Part shown: positions 21,600 to 31,770 of the stretch, in pieces
Position numbering within the stretch: position 1 is the stretch's first letter
Layout of the letters: every line of letters begins with the position of its first letter
DNA from: an uncultured candidatus Brocadiaceae bacterium
GTDB lineage: Bacteria; Planctomycetota; Brocadiia; SM23-32
Assembly (NCBI GenBank): GCA_964421565.1
Contig: CAYQXJ010000001.1
Coordinates: 192,241 to 256,240 of the forward strand
Length of the DNA stretch: 64,000 bases
Direction of reading: 5' to 3'
Notes under the pieces: model-generated
What the model was told of the DNA's origin: nothing
Database searches by the model: none
What the model saw: only the letters and a program-made list of their open reading frames with translations
Made by a program: the position numbers and the translations under genes

Positions 21600-21671
21600 C
21601 GCGGGGCTGGCGCGCGGCCACCATGATGTGCGGCGTTGCCCGTTTCACCAACTTCGAGCAGGGACGCACAG

Positions 21672-22274
21672 ATGCCTGAAGACCCGTTGCAGAAGTACCG
21701 TAGCAAGCGCGACTTCCGCCGGACGGGGGAACCGTCCGGCGAAGGGCAGGCAGGCGCCGGCGTCGAGCCGATCTTCGTCATCCAGAAGCACGATGCCAGC
21801 ACGTTGCACTATGACTTCCGGCTCGAAGTGGACGGCGTGCTCAAGTCCTGGGCTGTGCCGAAGGGCCCCTCGACAGACCCCCGCGTGCGACGCCTCGCTG
21901 TGCCGACGGAAGAGCACCCCATGGAGTACGCCGACTTCGAGGGCGTGATACCCGAGGGCGAATACGGCGGCGGCGTGGTGATGGTGTGGGACTGCGGCAC
22001 CTACCGGAACCTGCGTGCGGAGAAAGGCGAAGACGGCGCCACCATGGATGAGGCGATAGACGGGGGCAAGGCGGAAGTCTGGCTCGAAGGCCGGAAGCTG
22101 CGCGGCGGCTATGTGCTGATCCGCACGGGCAAAAGCGCCGACGCGCGCTGGCTGTTGATCAAGATGAAAGACGACGAGGCGGACGCGCGGCGCCACCCGA
22201 CCAGCACCCAGTCCGAATCGGCGCTCACCGGACGCACGCTGGATGAGATCCGTCGCGAAGAAGGCGGCGAGTAG
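21672..22274 (+). CDS. Stand-alone LigD-type 3'-phosphoesterase (PE) domain protein
   Basis: Start MPEDPLQKYRSKRDF. FVIQKHDASTLHYDFRLE, LKSWAVPKGPS and EYADFEGVIPEGEYGGG..VWDCGTY match the DNA ligase D phosphoesterase domain. Confidence 0.8.
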   Translation: MPEDPLQKYRSKRDFRRTGEPSGEGQAGAGVEPIFVIQKHDASTLHYDFRLEVDGVLKSWAVPKGPSTDPRVRRLAVPTEEHPMEYADFEGVIPEGEYGGGVVMVWDCGTYRNLRAEKGEDGATMDEAIDGGKAEVWLEGRKLRGGYVLIRTGKSADARWLLIKMKDDEADARRHPTSTQSESALTGRTLDEIRREEGGE

Positions 22275-22275
22275 G

Positions 22276-22998
22276 ATGAAACTGGCCTTCCACGGCACGC
22301 GGGGTTACATCGAGCCCCGCACCGAGCTGCACCGTATGCACACCGTCTGTGAAGTGTCGTACCGGGGCAAACGTGTCATCATCGACTGCGGGGAGGACTG
22401 GCGCGGCCACATGGACGAGCTGCGCCCGCAGGCGATCGTCGTCACGCACGCGCATCCCGATCACGTCTGGGGGCTCAAAGACGGCGCGCCGTGCGCCGTG
22501 TACGCCACCAGGGCGGCCTGGCAGGAGATGGACGATTACCCGATCCAGCAGCGGCGCGTGGTGAACCAACGCGAACCGTTCCAGGTGCGCGGTATCGAGT
22601 TCGAGGCGTTTGCGGTCGTGCATTCCACCCGGGCGCCTGCCGTGGGATACCGCATCACTGCCGGCGTCATTACCGTGTTCTATGTGCCGGACGTCGTCTA
22701 CATCGAGAATCGCGAGGAGGCGTTGAGGGGCTGCCGGGCCTACATCGGCGACGGGGCGACGGTCGACACATCCATGGTGCGCAAGCCGGGCGATTCGCTG
22801 ATCGGCCACACGCCGGTGCGCACTCAGCTCACGTGGTGCGCCAAGCTTGGCGTGCCGAAGATGATCGTGACCCACTGCGGCGCGCAGATCGTGGACGCCG
22901 ACCCGGATCAAGTGCAGTCGTTGATCGATGAATACGCCGATGAACGAGGCGTGGAGGCCCAGATCGCCACGGATGGGATGGAGATGGTGTTACGCTGA
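22276..22998 (+). CDS. MBL-fold metallo-hydrolase (PhnP/YycJ-like)
   Basis: Start MKLAFHGTRGY one nt after the preceding stop. HxHxDH motif VTHAHPDHVWG and later His/Asp ligands. Confidence 0.7.
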   Translation: MKLAFHGTRGYIEPRTELHRMHTVCEVSYRGKRVIIDCGEDWRGHMDELRPQAIVVTHAHPDHVWGLKDGAPCAVYATRAAWQEMDDYPIQQRRVVNQREPFQVRGIEFEAFAVVHSTRAPAVGYRITAGVITVFYVPDVVYIENREEALRGCRAYIGDGATVDTSMVRKPGDSLIGHTPVRTQLTWCAKLGVPKMIVTHCGAQIVDADPDQVQSLIDEYADERGVEAQIATDGMEMVLR

Positions 22999-23012
22999 TC
23001 AGGGGGGGTGCA

Positions 23013-23807
23013 GTGCCTGAACTACCGGACGTCGCCATGATGAAGCGCTACCTGGAGGCGACCTCCCTGCACCAGCAGATTGCCGATCTCGTGGTGCGGG
23101 ATGATTACGTGCTGAAGGGGCTGACGGCCGAAGACCTGGGCGATGCCCTGGTCGGCTGCAGCTTCGAGCGCACCCACCGACACGGGAAGAACCTGCTGGT
23201 CGGCCTCGGGCAGGGGCGGCCCTGGCTGCGCCTGCACTTCGGGATGACGGGCAACCTGCGCTACTTTCAGCGACCGGCGGCGGAGCCGCAATACGGCCGC
23301 ATCCTGTTCGCGTTCACCAACGGCTGCCATCTGGCCTACGTCAGCCAGCGCAAGCTGGGGCGCGTGAGCCTGCACACATCGGTGCAGGACGTTGTTGAGG
23401 ACCTCGAGCTGGGGCCGGACGCGCGGCGTGTCAGTCTGGAGCAGTTCCTCAGCGTCATGAACGGTCGGCGCGGCGGCGTGAAGAGCACGCTCATGAACCA
23501 GCATATCATCGCTGGGCTCGGAAACGTGTACGTCGACGAGGTGCTGTGGCAGGCGCGCCTGCATCCGCAACGTCGGCTGGACGAGATGGACGAGGCACAA
23601 CTCACGGACATGCATCGAGTGATGCAGCACGTGCTGGAGAGTGCCATAGCTCGCGGAGCCGACGCCCGGAACATGCCGGCGGATTGGCTGATCGGACACC
23701 GGGCCGAGGCAGACACATGCCCCCGTTGCGGGGCGGAGATCCGGCGCACAGTCATCGGTCAGCGTGGCACCTGTTTCTGCCCTGCCTGTCAGCCCCCGCC
23801 CCGCTAA
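23013..23807 (+). CDS. Fpg/Nei family DNA glycosylase/AP lyase
   Basis: GTG start giving MPELPDV (catalytic Pro2/Glu3), H2TH region, C-terminal zinc finger CPRCG...CFCPAC. Confidence 0.85.
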   Translation: MPELPDVAMMKRYLEATSLHQQIADLVVRDDYVLKGLTAEDLGDALVGCSFERTHRHGKNLLVGLGQGRPWLRLHFGMTGNLRYFQRPAAEPQYGRILFAFTNGCHLAYVSQRKLGRVSLHTSVQDVVEDLELGPDARRVSLEQFLSVMNGRRGGVKSTLMNQHIIAGLGNVYVDEVLWQARLHPQRRLDEMDEAQLTDMHRVMQHVLESAIARGADARNMPADWLIGHRAEADTCPRCGAEIRRTVIGQRGTCFCPACQPPPR

Positions 23808-25243
23808 GCGCGCTTGGCCGTCTTTGCATAGCGGGCGGGGCGGCGCAATAGCCAGGTATCCACCGCGGCCACTGTGCAGAGCGCGGCGTAGGTGTAATAC
23901 AGCATTGGGATCCCGATGATGCTCAGCGGCACGTCTGAAGCTCTGAACCACGACCTCCCCGCGAGTATCGGCTGGAAGCCCAGCAGGAACGGCCACAGCA
24001 GGCCCAGCGCCGGCAAGCAGGTCCCTCCTCCGCCCCGCGCGATGAGCCCGCCGGCCGCGGCGGCGAACCCGAAGAAGAGCAGAACGGCCGCGAGGGGCGT
24101 GGCCGCCAACCGGAACATGTCTGCGCGGACGCGCGGGCTCGCATTGCGTTCGGCGATGGCCCGGCGGCAGTACTTGCCGGCCAGTTGCGCCCAGCCCCGA
24201 GCCCAGCGGTAGCGCTGGTCCAGGAACTCGGTGATGCGCTCCGGCTGCGTGGAGTAGGTGATCACGTTGCGGTCGTAATGCACGCGCTGGCCGGCGAGAT
24301 TGAGCCGGCAGGATAGGTCCGTATCGTCGAGGATCATGTCCTCGTCGATGCGGAATTCCTCGCGGCGGATCAGCGAGCCTCGGAAGAAGCCCTGTCCACC
24401 TCCGAAGTGTGTAAGTCCGCCGAGCCGGGGGTTGACCTCGAGTTCCACGGCTTCCATCCAGTCGCGCTCAATCGCCAGAAGCCGGGCCAGCCAGGTGGCC
24501 TGGGGGTTGCTTGTGGCGCAGGCTCCCTGCAGGGCCTCCGGTGGGTCCGGCCCGCCGAACGCAGCGGCAAGCGCCTCCAGGGACTTCTGTGGCAGGGCGT
24601 GATCGGCGTCCAGGAATCCGACCACCTCCAGCCGTGGCGCGCGCTCCAGGCCGTAGCGGATGGCGGCACCGCGTCCTGCCGGGGGGGTGGTCTTGGCCAG
24701 GGGAACGATGCGCTCGTCCCTCACAGCCCTTCGCTGGATAAACTGGGCACTGCCATCGGTCGAGGCCCCTTCGCAGACGTAGCAAAAGACCAGTTCGCCC
24801 CCGTGCTCCAGGCTCTCCAGCGCCGGCATGGTGCGCCGCAGGGACTCGACCTCGTTGAGCACGGGGATGATGAACACGATGCCCGGCGAACGACACGGCT
24901 CCCGGCGCGCCGGCGGGCTCAGGAATCCGGCCACCAGCGAGCAGAAGAGCGAACGCGCCACCAGCATCGCGGCCAGCAATAGCGCCGTCCACAGCAGGGC
25001 GCGCGCCGGAACGGGAAGCGCTGCGCATAGGGCTGCTGCGGTTGCGAACAGGCCGAGAGCGACCGCGACCACGCGCCGGCGGTCCGCTCGCGAGCCCGAG
25101 CCCTCTGTTACTTGCATGCTCCATCCCCAGCCGATGCAGAGGATGCCTGATTCTGCCATGGCATGATAGCGAACCCCGCGGCCCGTGCAACAGCAGTGAC
25201 CCTCGCGCAGACGGTTCTCGGAGTCTCCTAACGGCGCGCACAC
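23804..25243 (-). CDS. Family 2 glycosyltransferase, membrane-embedded (TM segments flank the GT-A domain)
   Basis: 479 aa (track; GTG start; alternative start MAESG ~84 nt downstream). IVFIIPVLNE...DADH...QRYRWARGW GT2 blocks. Hydrophobic N- and C-terminal regions. Confidence 0.75.
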   Translation of the reverse strand: MCAPLGDSENRLREGHCCCTGRGVRYHAMAESGILCIGWGWSMQVTEGSGSRADRRRVVAVALGLFATAAALCAALPVPARALLWTALLLAAMLVARSLFCSLVAGFLSPPARREPCRSPGIVFIIPVLNEVESLRRTMPALESLEHGGELVFCYVCEGASTDGSAQFIQRRAVRDERIVPLAKTTPPAGRGAAIRYGLERAPRLEVVGFLDADHALPQKSLEALAAAFGGPDPPEALQGACATSNPQATWLARLLAIERDWMEAVELEVNPRLGGLTHFGGGQGFFRGSLIRREEFRIDEDMILDDTDLSCRLNLAGQRVHYDRNVITYSTQPERITEFLDQRYRWARGWAQLAGKYCRRAIAERNASPRVRADMFRLAATPLAAVLLFFGFAAAAGGLIARGGGGTCLPALGLLWPFLLGFQPILAGRSWFRASDVPLSIIGIPMLYYTYAALCTVAAVDTWLLRRPARYAKTAKRA

Positions 25244-25267
25244 AGGCCGCGGTTACCCTCAAATGGG

Positions 25268-27124
25268 TTGGATTCTGCGAAAGGACGCAACATGGAGTCG
25301 AAGGTTGACCTTCATGTCCACAGCAAGTACTCCGATCGTCCGGCGGAGTGGTTTCTGCGTCGAATAGGGGCCCCCGAGAGCTTTACCGAGCCGCAGGCCC
25401 TGCACGAGACGTGCAAGGCGCACGGCATGGACTTCGTGACCATCACCGACCATAACAGCATCGAGGGCGCGCTGGAAATCGCGCATCTGCCCGACACTTT
25501 CCTTTCCGCCGAAGTTACGACGTATTTCCCCGAAGACGGCGGCAAGGTGCATTGCCTGGTCTGGGACATTACGCAGGATCAGTTCCGCGACATCCAGCAG
25601 GCCCGGCCGAGCATCTATGACCTTCAGAAGCTGCTGCTTGAGGAGGGCATACTCCATGCCGTGGCCCATCCGCTCTACAGCGTGAACGAGAGGCTGACCG
25701 TTGGGCACGTGGAGAAACTCGCGCTGCTGTTCAACCGGTTTGAGACGTTCAACGGCAGCCTGCCCGAGCGCCTGGTGCGGACGGCGGATGCCATGCTGCG
25801 CAACCTGACGGCCGAGAAGATCGCGGAACTGGCCGACCGACACGGGATCGAGCCGGTTGGCAAGACCCCCTGGCGCAAGGCGTTCACCGGAGGCAGCGAC
25901 GATCACAGCGGCATCTACGCCGGGGTGGCATATACGGTCACTCCCCCCGCGCAGGATGTAGGCCAGTTCCTGCGCTACGTGCGTCAGGGAGCCCACGCCG
26001 CCGACGGGCGAGCGGGCAGCAGCCTGGCATTTGCGCACAGCCTGTATCACATCGGGTACGGATACTACAAGCAACGCCTGCTGAACGGCACGAAGCCGCG
26101 CAACCGGGTGGTGGGGGCGTTGTTCCAGAAGCTGCTCGGCGGGCATGGATCAGCCTCGCCGACCCTGCGCGAGCGGATCGGCGGTTTGTTCAGCCGGTTC
26201 CTCGTTAGTCTCCACAAACGCCGCCTCAGCCGGGTCGAGCGCGTGCTCGTCGAGCAGCTTCAACAGCTTTTCAAAGCCGGGGGCGCGCCGGAATCGGAAC
26301 ACCCCCTGCCGAGCGCAGGGGCCGACGAGCAGACCTTCCGCACCGCCTGCCACCTAAGCCAGCAGTTCGGCTACCTGTTCCTGCGCAAGTGCTTCGAATA
26401 CGCCGCTGAAGGGGAGCTGATCGACTGCATTCAAACCGTCTCCGCCCTCGGCCCGGTGGCTCTCGGCATCGCCCCTTACCTGGCGGCTTTCGGCGCGCAG
26501 CACAAGGACGACAGTCTCGCGGCGGAGGTTGCCCGGCGCTTCGGCTGCACACACGGTGCGCGGCTCCCGGGTGGGCGGGCACTGATGGCCGACGCGACGC
26601 TCACAGCCGTCCCCACCCTGTGGCGCTCTGCGGCCTCCGCGGACGGGGATGGCGCCCCTTTGACCTTGCTCAGTTGTGGGGCAGCACCCGCCGAACCCAC
26701 CGCGCACAGCGCCGTCTTCTCACCGGTCGGCTGGTTCGAGCTGCCGGAGAGACGTGCGAGAGTGCCTTTCCCGCCGTTTCTGGAGATCATCGGGCACATT
26801 GAGCGGCGCGGTTATGACGAGTTGCTGCTGGCCTCGCCCGGCCTGATGGGGCTGACCGGACTGCTGGCAGCGCGCCTGCTGGGGCTGCGCACAACCGCCG
26901 TCTACCATCCGGAGTTCTGCAGCCTCGTGCGCCATCTGACGGGGGAAGAGGAACTCGACGCCGTGGCCCGGCGCTACGTGCTGTGGTTTCTGGGGCAGGC
27001 CGACTGCGTGCTTGTGGCCAGTGAAGGGCAGCGGCTGCGCCTGTGCGAGCAGGGCCTCGACCACCAGCGTGTGATCGTTATTGCCCCGTCCGGGGCGGAG
27101 GCAATCCCCACCAGCGTCGCTTGA
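25268..27124 (+). CDS. PHP-domain phosphoesterase fused to a C-terminal glycosyltransferase-4 N-domain-like region
   Basis: 618 aa. N-terminal PHP motifs VDLHVHSKYSD...FVTITDHNS...HPLYS. The C-terminal ~125 aa (GYDELLLASPGLMGLTGLLAARLLGLRTTAVYHPEF...VIVIAPSG) resembles the N-terminal half of a GT4 GT-B fold. No GT-B C-domain. Confidence 0.6.
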   Translation: MDSAKGRNMESKVDLHVHSKYSDRPAEWFLRRIGAPESFTEPQALHETCKAHGMDFVTITDHNSIEGALEIAHLPDTFLSAEVTTYFPEDGGKVHCLVWDITQDQFRDIQQARPSIYDLQKLLLEEGILHAVAHPLYSVNERLTVGHVEKLALLFNRFETFNGSLPERLVRTADAMLRNLTAEKIAELADRHGIEPVGKTPWRKAFTGGSDDHSGIYAGVAYTVTPPAQDVGQFLRYVRQGAHAADGRAGSSLAFAHSLYHIGYGYYKQRLLNGTKPRNRVVGALFQKLLGGHGSASPTLRERIGGLFSRFLVSLHKRRLSRVERVLVEQLQQLFKAGGAPESEHPLPSAGADEQTFRTACHLSQQFGYLFLRKCFEYAAEGELIDCIQTVSALGPVALGIAPYLAAFGAQHKDDSLAAEVARRFGCTHGARLPGGRALMADATLTAVPTLWRSAASADGDGAPLTLLSCGAAPAEPTAHSAVFSPVGWFELPERRARVPFPPFLEIIGHIERRGYDELLLASPGLMGLTGLLAARLLGLRTTAVYHPEFCSLVRHLTGEEELDAVARRYVLWFLGQADCVLVASEGQRLRLCEQGLDHQRVIVIAPSGAEAIPTSVA

Positions 27125-27244
27125 GCTCCTCGCCCGGATTCAGCGTTCCTCTCGTCGATCGCTCATAAGTGGTGCTTAGACTTGCACTTGATGGGTGCGA
27201 CAGTATGCCAGCCGGTGGCGAAGCCACGCCAAAGGACGCGCGGA

Positions 27245-28381
27245 ATGCGGGCGTGCATTGTGAGTGAGACTTACCCGCCCGACGTAAATGGGTGTGCCCT
27301 GACGGTCGGCAAGTTCGCCGAAGGGCTTGTGGCTGACGGACACCAGGTTCAGCTCGTCCGCGTACGCAACGGCCTGCACGACCGGCCGCGTCGGCGGGGG
27401 GGGCTGCGGGAGTATCCTCAGCAGGGGATGCCCATCCCCTGTTACAAGATCCAGCAGTTCGGCCTGCCGGCGGAAGGGCAGCTTCTGTCCATATGGAAAG
27501 AGCGCGAGCCGCAGGTCGTCTACATCGCTACCGAGGGGCCACTCGGCCTTTCGGCCCTCCACGCGGCGGTGCGCAGGCGACTGCCCGTTATCACCGGCTT
27601 CCACACGAACTTTCATACCTACAGCAAGCATTACCGGCTCGGACCGCTCTTCGGTATAGCCTCCGCTTATCTGCGCGCCTTTCACAATGCCTCGGATTGC
27701 ACAATAGTGCCGAGCCCCGACCTGCGCCGCAAGCTGGAACGAGCAGGCTATCACAACGTTCGCGTGGTGGGGCGGGGCGTTGATACCGACTTCCTGAACC
27801 CGCGCAAGCGGAGTGCCGAGCTGCGTCGGCAGTGGGGGGCGGAGGAAGGCACGCTTGTGGTTCTGTACGTCGGTCGCATTGCCCCGGAGAAGAACCTGGC
27901 GCTCGCGGTTCGCGCCTTCCATGCCATGGCCCGAAGGGCAGTCGACGCGCGCTTCATCCTCGTGGGAGATGGGCCCATGCGCCCCGAAATGCAGGCTACC
28001 TGCCCCGAGTTCGTCTTCCGCGGCATGCGCACCGGCGAGGACCTGGCCGCTCACTATGCTTCGGCGGACGTCTTCGTATTCCCCAGCATGACCGAGACGT
28101 TCGGCAACGTGACCACCGAGGCCATGGCCAGCGGGCTGGCGGTGGTTGCCTACGATTACGCAGGCGCACGGATGCACATTACTGACGGCCAGACCGGCGC
28201 TCTGGCGCCGTTCGGCGACGAGACCGCCTTCGTGCAGCGAGCGGCGGAACTGGCCGGCGACCTGGATAGGGTGCGCGGCATCGGCCGAAACGCGCGGCTT
28301 GTCGCCGAGGGGATCACGTGGGAACGGATCGCCCGGGACTTCCAGGGCGTGCTGCACGATACTGTGGAGGCCAAGCGGTGA
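27245..28381 (+). CDS. Family 4 glycosyltransferase (GT-B; SqdX/Agt/DgdA-like lipid glycosyltransferase candidate)
   Basis: Start [19 protein letters not shown]-domain E-x7-E-like block [26 protein letters not shown]. Confidence 0.8.
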   Translation: MRACIVSETYPPDVNGCALTVGKFAEGLVADGHQVQLVRVRNGLHDRPRRRGGLREYPQQGMPIPCYKIQQFGLPAEGQLLSIWKEREPQVVYIATEGPLGLSALHAAVRRRLPVITGFHTNFHTYSKHYRLGPLFGIASAYLRAFHNASDCTIVPSPDLRRKLERAGYHNVRVVGRGVDTDFLNPRKRSAELRRQWGAEEGTLVVLYVGRIAPEKNLALAVRAFHAMARRAVDARFILVGDGPMRPEMQATCPEFVFRGMRTGEDLAAHYASADVFVFPSMTETFGNVTTEAMASGLAVVAYDYAGARMHITDGQTGALAPFGDETAFVQRAAELAGDLDRVRGIGRNARLVAEGITWERIARDFQGVLHDTVEAKR

Positions 28382-28410
28382 CGACGCGTCAGGAACTCGT
28401 GGTTCGGCGG

Positions 28411-28911
28411 ATGACGGAGCTGGAGTTGCCGCTCTGCGTGCTGTTCAACCGAGTTTCTCAGCTCAAGCAGGTCCGTGCCCTCTTCGCAACGGTTAGCCGG
28501 GCGGGCGACGGGATTGCATACTGGTTGAGCGCGCTGGCGCTGCTGGCCGTGCAGAGGTCGGCGGCCCTCGGCTTCGCCTGGAGGGCGGCCATCACCCATG
28601 CCATCTGCCTGGCGATCTACACCGCAGTGAAGCGTCGAACGAGCCGCCCGCGCCCCTTCGAGATGCGCTCCGAGATCACGCTCGGCACAGCGCCGCTGGA
28701 CCGCTACAGCTTTCCGTCGGGGCATACCATGCATGCAGTGGCGTTTGCGATTCTGCTGACGGCCCACTGCCCCGGTCTGGGGTGGGCGGCCCTGCCGTTT
28801 GCGGCGATGGTGGGTTTTTCACGGCTCGTGCTGGGGTTGCACTACCCGACGGACGTGCTGGCGGGCGCAATGATCGGCGGAGCGCTTGCGGGGCTGGCGG
28901 TGCGTCTGTGA
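28411..28911 (+). CDS. PAP2-family phosphatase (phosphatidic acid phosphatase type 2-like), membrane
   Basis: Start MTELEL (alternative GTG upstream). PAP2 motifs [29 protein letters not shown]. Confidence 0.75.
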   Translation: MTELELPLCVLFNRVSQLKQVRALFATVSRAGDGIAYWLSALALLAVQRSAALGFAWRAAITHAICLAIYTAVKRRTSRPRPFEMRSEITLGTAPLDRYSFPSGHTMHAVAFAILLTAHCPGLGWAALPFAAMVGFSRLVLGLHYPTDVLAGAMIGGALAGLAVRL

Positions 28912-28918
28912 TCCTGTG

Positions 28919-29590
28919 TCAGCTCCCGGGTTCCATCTCGGGTTTGTGGCGCACGATCTCGCCTTCGACCATGTAAACGACGTCTTCGGCGATGTTGGTA
29001 GCGTGGTCGGCAATGCGCTCGACGTGTCTGCACGCGGACAGCAGGTGGGTCAGCGCCTCCAGCTCGTCCGGATGCTCGCGCATGCCGGCCCGCACTTCCT
29101 CGTACATCTGACGGTTCATTGCATCGACTTCGTCGTCCATCGGGCCGACCTGGCGAGCGAGCTCGGCATCCATGTTCACCAGGGCGTCCAGGGACTGCTT
29201 GACCATCTGCTGGGCCCTGTGAGCCATGGTTTCGAAGTCGAAGACGACTCCGCTGACGCGGTGTCCGGCGAGGAAGACGGCGCGCTCGGCGATGTTGACG
29301 GCCAGGTCACCGATGCGTTCCAGGTCGCTGTTGATCTTGAGCACGGCGACGATGAAGCGCAGGTCGATGGCGACCGGCTGGTGTAGGGCGAGTATTTGCA
29401 GGCACTCCTCCTCGAGTTCCACCTCGGCAATGTCGATCTGTGGATCGCTCTCGATGACCTCGTAGGCGAGCTCCGTGTCTTGTGTTTCCAGCGCGCGCAC
29501 GGACTTATGCACGCTCTCCTCCACCTGTCCGCTCAGGGAGTAGAGATGCTTGCCCAGCTTATCCAGCGCCCTTTGCAAGTGCAGTGACAT
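28919..29590 (-). CDS. phoU: Phosphate transport system regulator PhoU
   Basis: The ORF 28919..29962 has a likely start at MSLHLQRALDKL (29590). Two PhoU repeats (DLERIGDLAVNIAE / VERIADHATNIAED). Confidence 0.85.
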   Translation of the reverse strand: MSLHLQRALDKLGKHLYSLSGQVEESVHKSVRALETQDTELAYEVIESDPQIDIAEVELEEECLQILALHQPVAIDLRFIVAVLKINSDLERIGDLAVNIAERAVFLAGHRVSGVVFDFETMAHRAQQMVKQSLDALVNMDAELARQVGPMDDEVDAMNRQMYEEVRAGMREHPDELEALTHLLSACRHVERIADHATNIAEDVVYMVEGEIVRHKPEMEPGS

Positions 29591-29604
29591 AGGCGTCTTC
29601 CTTA

Positions 29605-30417
29605 TCAGCCGAAGCGGCCGGTGATGTAGTCCTCGGTGCGCTTCTGTTTGGGCTTCGTGAACAGTTGTGGTGTCGGTCCGAACTCGATCAGTTCGCCTTC
29701 GTAGAGGAATGCTGTCAGGTCGGAAACCCGTGCCGCCTGTTGCATGTTGTGGGTAACGATAACGATCGTGTAGTTCTCGCGCAACTCGCCGATCAGGTCT
29801 TCGATGCGGGCGGTGGAGCGGGGGTCGAGCGCGCTGGTCGGCTCGTCCATCAGCAGTATGTCCGGGTCGACGGCGAGGGCCCGCGCGATGCAGAGCCGCT
29901 GCTGCTGGCCTCCGGAGAGCCCCAGCGCGTTCTGGTGAAGACGGTCTTTCACCTCCTCCCATAGGGCGGCCTGCCGCAGGCTGTGTTCTACGACCTCATT
30001 CAGCTCGGAGCGGCTGCACCGACCGTGGATGCGCGGTCCGTAGGCGATGTTGTCGTAGACGGACTTGGGGAAAGGGTTTGGCTTCTGAAAGACCATGCCT
30101 ATTCGTCGCCTCAAGGCGACCACGTCGACGCGGGGCCCGTAGATGTTCTCCCCTTCAAAGATCAGCTCACCGGTGGCGAAGCAGCCGGGGATCAGGTCGT
30201 TCATTCGATTTATTGCCCGCAGGAAGGTGCTCTTGCCGCACCCGCTGGGCCCGATGATGGCGGTCACCTGGCCCACGGGAACGCCCATGGTCACCTGCCT
30301 GACCGCCTCGTTGTCACGGTAGAAGACGGAGAAGTTCTCCGCCCGCACATGGTAGGAGCCGTTGTCGACCGACATCTGGCTGTCGTTGACGACATCCTGG
30401 AAGGAGAGCTTGATCAT
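29605..30417 (-). CDS. pstB: Phosphate ABC transporter ATP-binding protein PstB
   Basis: 270 aa. Walker [10 protein letters not shown], signature LSGGQQQRL, and the PstB-typical N-terminus. Confidence 0.9.
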   Translation of the reverse strand: MIKLSFQDVVNDSQMSVDNGSYHVRAENFSVFYRDNEAVRQVTMGVPVGQVTAIIGPSGCGKSTFLRAINRMNDLIPGCFATGELIFEGENIYGPRVDVVALRRRIGMVFQKPNPFPKSVYDNIAYGPRIHGRCSRSELNEVVEHSLRQAALWEEVKDRLHQNALGLSGGQQQRLCIARALAVDPDILLMDEPTSALDPRSTARIEDLIGELRENYTIVIVTHNMQQAARVSDLTAFLYEGELIEFGPTPQLFTKPKQKRTEDYITGRFG

Positions 30418-30422
30418 GGCAA

Positions 30423-31766
30423 TCAGCCTCGCAGTTTGCGTGCGATTCGTGCGCGCAGTATCAGGGCAGCGGCGTTCAGCAGAAGCACCATCATTACCAG
30501 CGTCATCACCATGCCGTACTGCACGTGGCGTATCTCGTCGACGGCCTCATGCTCGGTGGCCAGGTTGTAAATGTTCCATGGCAGCGCCGGGGTGGGCTGG
30601 TTCAGCGTGTCAAGTATACCGAGGGGCCGACCGATGCTGACGGCAGCGGTGAAGATGATGGGCGCCGTTTCGCCCGCTGCCCGGCCCATGCTGATGACGA
30701 TGCCGGTCAGGATGCCGGGCAGCGCGGCCGGCAGCAGCACGGTGACCACCGTGCGCCACTTACTTGCCCCCAGGCTGAGTGCGGCCTCCTTGTAGGCGCT
30801 GGGGACGGCACGTATCGCCTCCTCACTGGCGCGGATGACCGTGGGCAGCACGAGCAGCCCGAGGGTCAGAGAGCCTGCCAGCACGCTCTTGGACGGCGAG
30901 ACGTGGATGGCATTGATGAAGAACGCGAGCCCGAACAGACCGAACACGATGCTGGGAACGCCGGCCAGCGTGCTGATGCAACTGCGCAGCAGGCCGATCA
31001 GCCGCCCCTCGCCGGCATACTCCACCAGGTAGATAGCCGCTATAACGCCCATCGGCACGGCGAAGAGCATGGCGCCGACGGTCAGGTACAGTGTGCCGAG
31101 CACTTCCGGCCAGATGCCGCCGAAGATGTGGGCGTCGATGGACTTCTGCGTCAAGAAGCGCCAGTAGAGCGTCCAGCGGGGCAGCAGCATCTGCCGGAGG
31201 TTCTCTTCCGTGTAGGCGAACAACGGCTCCAGTTCCGTCTCGCGCCACTCCTCCACGCGCGGACTAAACATCTGCTTGCCCATCTGCGTGCCGTCGCCGT
31301 AGTCGTAACTCTCCACGTACAGCAACTCGTGCAGGATGACCTGAGCCCGGTCCCAGCGGGTCTGGCCGTACTGGTTACGCACCATGGGCGGGCGTGGCGC
31401 GTCGGCGGGTGGGCCGAGCAGCTTGTGGACCAGCTTCCTGACCTTGTCGAACTCCTTGCCCTTCTTCAGCTTGAGCATGAAGTCCTCGGCCAGGCGCTCC
31501 TCGTATGCGGCGAGCATGTTGTAGACCGGCTGGCGCGCCGCCTCGGCTGCCGCTGCCCGCGCCAGGACCTCCTGACGGTCACCGACTGCGAACTGCTCAA
31601 GCTGCAGCAGTCGGTGCTCGATGGTGCCGCGGAAGACGAACGCGGCCATTCCACGGGTGAATATAGGCACGAGGATGACCAGCAGCGCGGCGCCCATGAG
31701 CACGACGCCGAATATGCTCAGCCCCGTGAATGAGGTATCGACCACTTTGCGCCCGGTGTTGCTCAT
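30423..31766 (-). CDS. pstA: Phosphate ABC transporter permease PstA (long N-terminal form)
   Basis: 447 aa, multiple TM segments, ABC permease EAA-like region. Position between pstC and pstB. Confidence 0.8.
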   Translation of the reverse strand: MSNTGRKVVDTSFTGLSIFGVVLMGAALLVILVPIFTRGMAAFVFRGTIEHRLLQLEQFAVGDRQEVLARAAAAEAARQPVYNMLAAYEERLAEDFMLKLKKGKEFDKVRKLVHKLLGPPADAPRPPMVRNQYGQTRWDRAQVILHELLYVESYDYGDGTQMGKQMFSPRVEEWRETELEPLFAYTEENLRQMLLPRWTLYWRFLTQKSIDAHIFGGIWPEVLGTLYLTVGAMLFAVPMGVIAAIYLVEYAGEGRLIGLLRSCISTLAGVPSIVFGLFGLAFFINAIHVSPSKSVLAGSLTLGLLVLPTVIRASEEAIRAVPSAYKEAALSLGASKWRTVVTVLLPAALPGILTGIVISMGRAAGETAPIIFTAAVSIGRPLGILDTLNQPTPALPWNIYNLATEHEAVDEIRHVQYGMVMTLVMMVLLLNAAALILRARIARKLRG

Positions 31767-31770
31767 CGGG

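Noticed and set aside
25201-25260. Apparent 10-nt shortfall in the printed sequence line 25201, and a 1-nt offset between printed sequence and ORF-track coordinates near 23.8 kb
   Set aside because: These are formatting irregularities in the supplied listing rather than biology. Translations in that region match the ORF track exactly, so ORF-track coordinates were used for CDS calls.
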